Source: Nitrososphaeria archaeon (lineage in GTDB: Archaea > Thermoproteota > Nitrososphaeria > Geothermarchaeales > JDFR-13). From it: a DNA stretch of 64,000 bases. The notes under the pieces are model-generated. The model was given only the letters and a program-made list of their open reading frames with translations, was not told where the DNA came from and ran no database searches. The translations under genes and the position numbers were made by a program. This document shows, one piece after another, positions 57,336 to 64,000 of this stretch (position 1 is the stretch's first letter; every line of letters starts with the position of its first letter). The stretch spans positions 544,001 to 608,000 of the forward strand of contig JALWXN010000004.1 of assembly GCA_027078545.1 (NCBI GenBank), given 5' to 3'.

Positions 57336-58568
57336 GTGGTCGTGATGTCGAGGGTTACATTCAAACTACCGGATATTGGTGAGGGTGTGGCGGAGGGAGA
57401 GATAATCAGGTGGCTGGTCAAGGAGGGGGATGAGGTTAGGCAGTTCCAGCCGATTGTGGAGGTCTTGACAGCCAAGGCGAAGGTAGAGATACCATCCCCC
57501 TACGACGGGAGGATCGTCAAGATACTGGCGAAGGAGGGTGATGTCGTCCCGGTGGGGAGTCCCCTGGTCGAGATAGAGGTGGCTGGGAAGCCAGTCGATG
57601 GTGAGGAGGTGGCTGTTGAGGCTGGTGGAGAGACTGGAGAGACCACTACCCAGGAGCAGCCTGTAGAGGTGGAGATGCCTAGGGAGGAAACTAGAGTAAG
57701 AGCCCCGCCAGGCGTGAGGCTCCTTGCTAAGAGGCTGGGTGTAGACCTCTCTAGGGTCAGGCCGACCGGGCCTAGGGGTATAGTCACGAGGAGGGATGTC
57801 GAGGCAGCGGCTAGGGAGGAGGTCGTCAAGCCCGTGGAAGCCGTTGCGAAGCCTACGGAGCAGGTTGAGAAGCCTGTGGAGAGGATACGTATACATGGCA
57901 TAAGGAGGTTCATGTACACCACGATGACGAAGGCTAAGCAGACGATCCCCCACGCCTACCTTATAGAGGAGGTTGACGTGACCAGGCTCTGGGAGCTGAG
58001 GGAGAGGCTTAAGGGCTACGCGGCTGAGAAGGGGGTGAAGCTCACGATAACACCATTCATAGTAAAGGCGGTTACTATGGCTCTGAAGGAGTATCCCCTC
58101 CTGAACGCATCGATAGATGAGGAGAGGATGGAGATCATTGTGAAGAAGTATTACAACATCGGGATAGCGGTTGACAGTCCAGAGGGCCTCGTAGTGCCAA
58201 ACATCAAGGACGCGGATAAGAAGTCTATCCTCGAGCTGGCCAGGGAGATTAGGATGCTCGCCGATAAGGCTAGGAAGATGGAGCTCTCGCTGGAGGAGGT
58301 CCAGGACGGAACATTCTCGATAACCAATATAGGGGCGATAGGCTCGATAGCTGGGATGGCTGTTATAAACCCTCCCGAGGTGGCTATACTCGGTGTACAT
58401 AGGACCTTCGAGAGGCCGGCCCTGGTAGATGGCCAGCTGGTAAACAGGAAATACATGTATATCTCGATAAGCTTCGACCATAGGATCCTCGAGGGGGCAT
58501 ACGTGACACGCTTCCTCATGAGGCTTAAGGAGATACTTGAGAACCCGGAGCTACTACTCCTCGAGTAG
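57336..58568 (+). CDS. pdhC: Dihydrolipoamide acyltransferase E2
   Basis: Lipoyl domain (TAKA), E3-binding domain (PTGPRG), catalytic FDHR. Confidence 0.94.
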   Translation: MVVMSRVTFKLPDIGEGVAEGEIIRWLVKEGDEVRQFQPIVEVLTAKAKVEIPSPYDGRIVKILAKEGDVVPVGSPLVEIEVAGKPVDGEEVAVEAGGETGETTTQEQPVEVEMPREETRVRAPPGVRLLAKRLGVDLSRVRPTGPRGIVTRRDVEAAAREEVVKPVEAVAKPTEQVEKPVERIRIHGIRRFMYTTMTKAKQTIPHAYLIEEVDVTRLWELRERLKGYAAEKGVKLTITPFIVKAVTMALKEYPLLNASIDEERMEIIVKKYYNIGIAVDSPEGLVVPNIKDADKKSILELAREIRMLADKARKMELSLEEVQDGTFSITNIGAIGSIAGMAVINPPEVAILGVHRTFERPALVDGQLVNRKYMYISISFDHRILEGAYVTRFLMRLKEILENPELLLLE

Positions 58569-58571
58569 GGG

Positions 58572-59939
58572 ATGTGGAACATGAGGTTCGACGTAGTAGT
58601 TGTTGGGGGTGGGCCCGGCGGCTACCCAGCGGCTATTAGGGCTGCCCAGATGGGTGCCAAAGTGGCCATCATAGAGAGGGATAGGTTTGGAGGGGAGTGT
58701 ACAAACTATGGATGTATACCTACCAAGGCCCTTCTAAAGGCTGCCAAGATCATAGAGGAGATGAGGAGCTACCCCTTCATCAAGGGCGGCGCCGAGGTGG
58801 ACTATGGAGAGCTGGCCAGGTGGGTTAGGAGGGTCTATACAAGGTCTTCCAGGGGTGTTGAATACCTCCTCAGGAGCTATGGAGTTGAGATGCTTAGGGG
58901 GGAGGCCAGGCCTAAGAATGGGAAGAGGCTCCTGGTTAACGGTGAGGAGGTGGAGGCGGGCTCGATAGTGATAGCGACTGGCTCAGAGCCTGTAGACATA
59001 CCTGGATACGAGGTCGACGGCCAGTATATCCATAACAATAGGACGGTGCTCGGCCTGGAGGAGCCCCCGGGGAGCATCCTGATAATCGGTGGTGGATACA
59101 TAGGTGTGGAGTATGCAACCGTCTTCTCAGCCCTTGGGAGCGAGGTATACATAGTCGAGCTCCTAGACAGGATCCTCCCCCAGATGGATCCCGATCTGGC
59201 CAGGGTGGTGGATAAAAAGCTCCGGGAGAGGGGTGTGAAGATCTATACAGGTGTGAGGGCGGGTGAGCCCCGGCGGGGGGATGGACACCTCAGGGTACCG
59301 CTCTCCAATGGTGAGGAGATAAGTGTGGAGAAGGTGTTGGTGGCTGTTGGTAGAAAACCTAATAGTGGCTTTGCCCGGGAGCTGGGTGTGGAGCTTGATG
59401 AGAGGGGCTTCGTTAAGGTTGATGATAGGATGGCTACGAGCCTGGAGGGTATATATGCATCTGGCGACGTGGCTGGTCAGCCTATGCTGGCCCATAAAGC
59501 CTTCGCCCAGGCCGTTGTGGCTGGTGAGAACGCCGCTGGTGGTGATGCATACTATGTGCAGAGATATGTCCCGGCCGTCGTCTATACTGATCCCGAGATA
59601 GTATCGGTCGGCCTCACCCTGGAGGAGGCGAGGGAGAAGGGCTTGGATGCGGAGGCAGAGGTATACCCGATAGGTGGTGTGGCCAAGGCCTTCATCGAGG
59701 GTGGGGCAGACGGTATAGTCAAGATAGTCTATAGTGGTGAGGAGATACTGGGTATCCATATAGCGGCTCCCCACGCCTCTGAACTGGCTGGCGAGGCTAC
59801 ATACCTCCTAGAGACCTCTGCATCGCTGGAGGACCTGGCGTTGACGATACATCCCCACCCAACAGTCTCGGAGGCGCTTAGGGAGGCGGCTGAGCATATA
59901 CTGGGTAGGCCTATACACTCAGTCCTAAAGAAGAAGTAG
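58572..59939 (+). CDS. lpdA: Dihydrolipoamide dehydrogenase E3
   Basis: GGGPGG, GGECTNYGCIP, GGGYIG, HPHPTVSE. Confidence 0.95.
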   Translation: MWNMRFDVVVVGGGPGGYPAAIRAAQMGAKVAIIERDRFGGECTNYGCIPTKALLKAAKIIEEMRSYPFIKGGAEVDYGELARWVRRVYTRSSRGVEYLLRSYGVEMLRGEARPKNGKRLLVNGEEVEAGSIVIATGSEPVDIPGYEVDGQYIHNNRTVLGLEEPPGSILIIGGGYIGVEYATVFSALGSEVYIVELLDRILPQMDPDLARVVDKKLRERGVKIYTGVRAGEPRRGDGHLRVPLSNGEEISVEKVLVAVGRKPNSGFARELGVELDERGFVKVDDRMATSLEGIYASGDVAGQPMLAHKAFAQAVVAGENAAGGDAYYVQRYVPAVVYTDPEIVSVGLTLEEAREKGLDAEAEVYPIGGVAKAFIEGGADGIVKIVYSGEEILGIHIAAPHASELAGEATYLLETSASLEDLALTIHPHPTVSEALREAAEHILGRPIHSVLKKK

Positions 59940-60668
59940 TGGGGGCTCGGTATCCACCTCCCCCTGGATGATGACCCCCTCCCCTTTATACCTCTCCCTC
60001 ACCCTCGATACCTCTCTCCATACCCTGCCTGGCAGCCTATCCTTCACTCCTCCAATGACGTCGATGATGGTCTCTATCGCCCTGTCTACATCCACCTCTA
60101 TGAAGCTGGAGAGGTTCGCCGGGTTATACTTGGCGGGGGTCACCCTACCACTCTCCACCAGGTCCCACCTCGGCCTAGTTATCCGTCTCAGCAGGTCTAT
60201 ATCGGACGCTACCAGTAGGGTGGCGTGGAAGAGTGTCGCCCTACCTATCCAGGCGGAGCTCCCGGAGACCTTGTAGCCCTTGACCACAACGTCACTCATG
60301 TTCTCCACGTGGCTCTCAAGGCCTAGGCTCGATAGTATCCTACGTATAAGCCCGGTGCCCTCACTGTATATCCAGGCTATGTCCATTACTCGCCGGGGCC
60401 AGTAGATACTAATGTTTATATTACCCATGTCGTGGTACACAGCGCCTCCACCTGAGAACCTCCTAAGGACTGGTATGCCATTCCTCCTGGCGAGGCCTAG
60501 ATCCACCTCTAGGGCGGGGTCTGTAGAGACGCCGATAATTACTGATGGCCTGTTTATCCATACCCTGTAAAGCGTCTCGCCAGTCTCTATGGCCAGCCCT
60601 AGGATTGCCTCCTCCATAGCCAGGTTTGTTAGGGGGTCTCCGCCATAGGTATGGAATATCCTCGCCAA
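59925..60668 (-). CDS. lplA: Lipoate-protein ligase A catalytic domain
   Basis: NLAMEE, RRFSGGGAVYHD, KVSGS, HATLL; convergent with the dehydrogenase operon. Confidence 0.9.
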   Translation of the reverse strand: MARIFHTYGGDPLTNLAMEEAILGLAIETGETLYRVWINRPSVIIGVSTDPALEVDLGLARRNGIPVLRRFSGGGAVYHDMGNINISIYWPRRVMDIAWIYSEGTGLIRRILSSLGLESHVENMSDVVVKGYKVSGSSAWIGRATLFHATLLVASDIDLLRRITRPRWDLVESGRVTPAKYNPANLSSFIEVDVDRAIETIIDVIGGVKDRLPGRVWREVSRVRERYKGEGVIIQGEVDTEPPLLLL

Positions 60669-60713
60669 CTCCCCACCCCAATTAATATGACTCTGGCCGG
60701 GATACTATCTATC

Positions 60714-61148
60714 ATGGCATGCATATTCTGCGCAATAGCCAGTGGTGAGATACCGTCTTGGCAGGTATATAGTGATGATGACGCCCTGGTGATACTCGAC
60801 AAGTATCCAGTCTCCAAGGGACACCTCCTAATCATACCTAGGAAGCACTACCAGGGCGTTGAGGACGTCCCCATGTCACTAGCCGATAAGCTCTGGAGAC
60901 TGGCCACAGCCCTGGCCAAGGTATATAGGAACGAGTTGAGGGCTACGGGGGTGAACATAGTCACGAATAGTGGGCGCCCAGCTGGGCAGGAGATATTCCA
61001 CTTCCATATCCATGTGATTCCACGCTGGATCGAAGGGTTCCAGGGGATCTTCGGGCCTAGGCATGAGGTGGGGCCAGAGGAGGCTGAAGAGGTCCTCTCC
61101 ATGTGGAGGGGGAAGATTGATAAGCTTGTGAAGCTCCTCGAGGAGTAG
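60714..61148 (+). CDS. hit: HIT-family hydrolase
   Basis: MACIFC, GHLLIIP, GQEIFHFHIHVIPR; start placed at ATG 60714. Confidence 0.93.
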   Translation: MACIFCAIASGEIPSWQVYSDDDALVILDKYPVSKGHLLIIPRKHYQGVEDVPMSLADKLWRLATALAKVYRNELRATGVNIVTNSGRPAGQEIFHFHIHVIPRWIEGFQGIFGPRHEVGPEEAEEVLSMWRGKIDKLVKLLEE

Positions 61149-61222
61149 TTTCGAGCCCCTGATCAGTAACTAGGTATATACAGATCCCCGATAGGATAAA
61201 CAATAAACACCTCGGGCTTAGA

Positions 61223-61663
61223 TTGGCGAGCCAATTATTAGGTAGGGATGGTATGATAGGGGAGATCGAGCGCCTAGTCAAGAGTATACGTGGGGGCGAC
61301 CTTGAGGCTGTGAGGAGGCTGTTGATGATCCTATCCAGCCTCGTCCCACCAGGAATTGACAACATGATCCACCTTGTGGATAAGGAGCAGTACTCACTCT
61401 ACCTATCCAGCGAGGGCCTGAAGACAGTGATGGTGGCTAGGGGTGAGTTCCTACCCTTCATAGAGTCCCATGTAGCCAAGATGAGCTTCGAGCGACTCAG
61501 TGATGAGGACTTGGAGAAGATAGGTGGGAGGATCGGCGAGATTCTTGGGGAGCTTAGAGTAAACCTTGGGAAGTGGCTGGAATACGACTTGGAGGATAGC
61601 CCGCTCTATGAGAAGGCGTTGGAGTACGTGGAGTGGTACGACTCCGTCGGCAAGTCCCTATAG
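61223..61663 (+). CDS. Hypothetical protein
   Basis: Host-like codon usage; start may be ATG 61253. Confidence 0.55.
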   Translation: MASQLLGRDGMIGEIERLVKSIRGGDLEAVRRLLMILSSLVPPGIDNMIHLVDKEQYSLYLSSEGLKTVMVARGEFLPFIESHVAKMSFERLSDEDLEKIGGRIGEILGELRVNLGKWLEYDLEDSPLYEKALEYVEWYDSVGKSL

Positions 61664-62214
61664 ATAAATGTCCTTGCCAATACCCATAGGTCTAGGAGGA
61701 TCGTTTCATAGATCTCTATCAGGGCTGCGGATGGCCAGTCGATAAATGTTCCTAGGAGCATCAGGAGGAATATAGCTATACATATCCTGCTGTAGAGCCT
61801 CTCCCTACCCCATGTACCAAGCCCCATGGCCAGTATTGCGAGGCCCATCTGTACGAAGAAGTATGTCGAGACGAATATGTGTGGCCTGGTCCCTCCGGGG
61901 AAGACGCCTATAAGGGCTAGGAATATCCCCCCTATGAATACGTATCCACCTCCCACGGTCTCTAGCTTACCCTTCGATCTGTATACGAGGTATCCCGAGT
62001 AGAGCATGATTATGAGGCCGGTCACGATGAGCCCATAGTTGTATATCCAAGGCATATTAGCCTCCTCAACCCCGAGGTCGCTCAGGGCGTCCCTCCATGG
62101 GTCGAACCAGGGGTTGACTGCTATCGAGGTGGATATGAAGATCCAGGCGGTTATAGCGGCTAATAGCCCAGTATATCTCCATAGCATGAGAAGAGGTCCA
62201 GGGGTGATCCTCAT
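61606..62214 (-). CDS. DUF998-family membrane protein
   Basis: NPWF...ALSDLG, YNYGL, LALIGVF...H. Confidence 0.8.
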   Translation of the reverse strand: MRITPGPLLMLWRYTGLLAAITAWIFISTSIAVNPWFDPWRDALSDLGVEEANMPWIYNYGLIVTGLIIMLYSGYLVYRSKGKLETVGGGYVFIGGIFLALIGVFPGGTRPHIFVSTYFFVQMGLAILAMGLGTWGRERLYSRICIAIFLLMLLGTFIDWPSAALIEIYETILLDLWVLARTFIYRDLPTESYHSTYSNAFS

Positions 62215-62269
62215 CTAGGGTCAAAGTGAAATATGTCTGGCCAGTGTTTATAGGTTGGGATGATGGGGT

Positions 62270-62974
62270 ATGATGCTACGGCAGCTCCTAGAGCTCTATG
62301 GTAAGAGGCATAACAGTAGGCTGATAATGGCTCTGGACGTTACTACAAACATGTACGAAGCATTAGCCATTGAGAACCTCTTGAACTCCGTCTCTAAAGA
62401 CCTGCTCGGGGTGAAGATCGGTGTCCCGACAATACTTTCATACGGCCTACAAACCATCTCGAAGTGGATAGACTCTGTAAACGATGTCCTATGGATAGTG
62501 GATCTAAAGCTGGCCGATATAGGATACGTGGCTAGACAGTCTATCGAGCAGGTGTATGAGGCCGGGTTCGACGCTGTTATCATGCATGGCTTCATAGGGT
62601 TTGAGGATGGCCTAGTAGAGGCTGTTGAGTATGCCTCCGACCTGGGGATATCGCCGATACTCGTGGCAGCAATGTCCCATAGGGGTGGGATGGAGTATCT
62701 AAACAGGGTCTCCGCAGACATGGTGATGCGGAGCCTCGAGATCGGGCTGGAGGGCTACGTCCTACCAGCCACCTACCCGATCCTGATCAAGATGTATAGG
62801 GGGATCGTTGGTGACAGGGTTATAATAGCCCCGGGCGTAGGTGCGCAGGGAGCGAGGCCCAGGGTGGCTATTGAGCATGGCGCCGATGCTGAGATCGTGG
62901 GTAGGCGGATTTATATGGCCGACGACCCTATTTCAGAGGTGAAGAGGCTCCACGGTGTCTTGACATGGCGGTAG
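62270..62974 (+). CDS. pyrF: Orotidine 5'-phosphate decarboxylase
   Basis: ALD, KIG, DLKLADIG, MSH, PGVGAQG, IVGR. Confidence 0.95.
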   Translation: MMLRQLLELYGKRHNSRLIMALDVTTNMYEALAIENLLNSVSKDLLGVKIGVPTILSYGLQTISKWIDSVNDVLWIVDLKLADIGYVARQSIEQVYEAGFDAVIMHGFIGFEDGLVEAVEYASDLGISPILVAAMSHRGGMEYLNRVSADMVMRSLEIGLEGYVLPATYPILIKMYRGIVGDRVIIAPGVGAQGARPRVAIEHGADAEIVGRRIYMADDPISEVKRLHGVLTWR

Positions 62975-63576
62975 ATGTCCTATGGGAGGAGCTTATCCAC
63001 GACCTATATAAAAACGGCTTCATCCTCTTCGGTGAATACACACTCTCATCCGGTATGAAGAGCCCATATTACATCGATCTGAGGATGGCCCTATCCGTGC
63101 CGAGCATCCTCCGTAAGGTCGCCTCGCTATATAGGTATGAGGCATTCCACTGCTGCAAGTTCGACGCTGTAGCCGGTATCGAGGTGGGCTCGATACCGAT
63201 AGCCGGTATACTTGCCTATACAATGGATGTCCCAATGGTATATGTGAGGAAGAGTGCCAAGGAGTATGCAACCAAGAAGTTTGTAGAGGGGAGGCTCCAG
63301 AGGGGCTGGAGGGTCCTCGTACTGGAAGACGTCTCCACAACTGGTAAGAGCATCCTACATGCTGTGGAGAAGCTTAGGGAGGAGGGTGCAGAGGTGAGCG
63401 ACGCAATAGTCTTTATAGACCGTGAGCAGGGTGCTAGTGAGAAGCTGGCCGAGGTGGGTGTCAGGCTCCACGCTGTATACACGGTCTCCAAGATATTCGA
63501 GGTTCTCTACAGGGCTGGATACATAGATGAGGAGACGTATTCAAGGGTAATGAACTATATAGCTTCGCAGAGATGA
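62965..63576 (+). CDS. pyrE: Orotate phosphoribosyltransferase
   Basis: [31 protein letters not shown]. Confidence 0.95.
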   Translation: MAVDVLWEELIHDLYKNGFILFGEYTLSSGMKSPYYIDLRMALSVPSILRKVASLYRYEAFHCCKFDAVAGIEVGSIPIAGILAYTMDVPMVYVRKSAKEYATKKFVEGRLQRGWRVLVLEDVSTTGKSILHAVEKLREEGAEVSDAIVFIDREQGASEKLAEVGVRLHAVYTVSKIFEVLYRAGYIDEETYSRVMNYIASQR

Positions 63577-64000
63577 CCTGGCGGGGCCGAGACGTAATAA
63601 ACATCCTAGACTTCCGGAGGGATGATCTCGACCGGCTCTTCAGCCTGACTGATCAGCTCGTCGAGTCTGACTATAGGGCCCCGGACCTATCTGGGAGGTC
63701 TGTAGCCCTCATCTTCCTAGAGCCTAGTACAAGGACTATGTACAGCTTCTACTCAGCCGTGAATAGGCTGGGCGGCTCAGTACTCCCGCTTAGCATGGCG
63801 GAGGCTACCTCGATAGCCAAGGGCGAGTCCCTAGCCGATACCATACGTATGTTCGACTCCTATGCAGACCTCCTAGTTATCAGGGATAAGAGGGAGGGTG
63901 CTGCATACTACGCCGCCGAGGTGGCGGAATCCCCGGTCATAAATGCGGGTGACGGTGCACATAACCATCCTACACAGGCGATGATCGACCTATACACGAT
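63573..64000 (+). CDS. pyrB: Aspartate carbamoyltransferase catalytic subunit (3'-truncated by the window end; absent from the ORF track)
   Basis: Hand translation from ATG 63573: [14 protein letters not shown]...FLEPSTRT...AKGESLADT...[17 protein letters not shown]. Confidence 0.93.
   Translation, partial: MTWRGRDVINILDFRRDDLDRLFSLTDQLVESDYRAPDLSGRSVALIFLEPSTRTMYSFYSAVNRLGGSVLPLSMAEATSIAKGESLADTIRMFDSYADLLVIRDKREGAAYYAAEVAESPVINAGDGAHNHPTQAMIDLYT

Noticed and set aside
1-64000. tRNA, rRNA, transposase or integrase genes
   Set aside because: None recognised; intergenic gaps lack cloverleaf features and no ORF shows DDE or tyrosine-recombinase motifs

Overview
64 kb from a GC-rich archaeon, most likely thermophilic. 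The EF-2 and TFB sequences, KaiC-domain genes and C/D-box sRNAs suggest the TACK group, but the lineage cannot be determined from this window. 1-14.2 kb is a CRISPR-Cas island: the tail of a type III-B operon (cmr3, cmr1), an AAA+/DUF4143 ATPase, a 26-repeat/25-spacer array transcribed leftward, and cas6-[Cas11-like]-cas7-cas5-cas3-[Cas8-like]-cas4-cas1-cas2, which mixes I-B-like proteins with an I-A-like gene order. The rest is mostly transport and housekeeping: an ECF transporter with an ecto-phosphoesterase, PotABCD-like ABC, KaiC/SUA5 cluster, Nramp-like transporter, EF-2, TFB, a surface phosphoesterase-ABC-HppA cluster, TerC, a cupredoxin, a 2-oxoacid dehydrogenase operon with LplA, and pyrF-pyrE-pyrB. 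Best leads: (i) a stand-alone membrane protein after cas2 with both PmoC/AmoC-type copper-ligand motifs at PmoC-like spacing; (ii) an ECF S-component fused to an extracellular domain, in an operon with an ecto-metallophosphoesterase; (iii) the split Cas8/Cas11 hybrid type I system; (iv) two mutually reverse-complementary spacers hitting a Walker A coding sequence; (v) EF-2 with HRT instead of HRG at the diphthamide site; (vi) two unannotated C/D-box sRNAs, one predicting Cm1920 of 23S rRNA; (vii) a very acidic micro-protein divergent from KaiC. All calls are by eye from motifs; no database searches were run.
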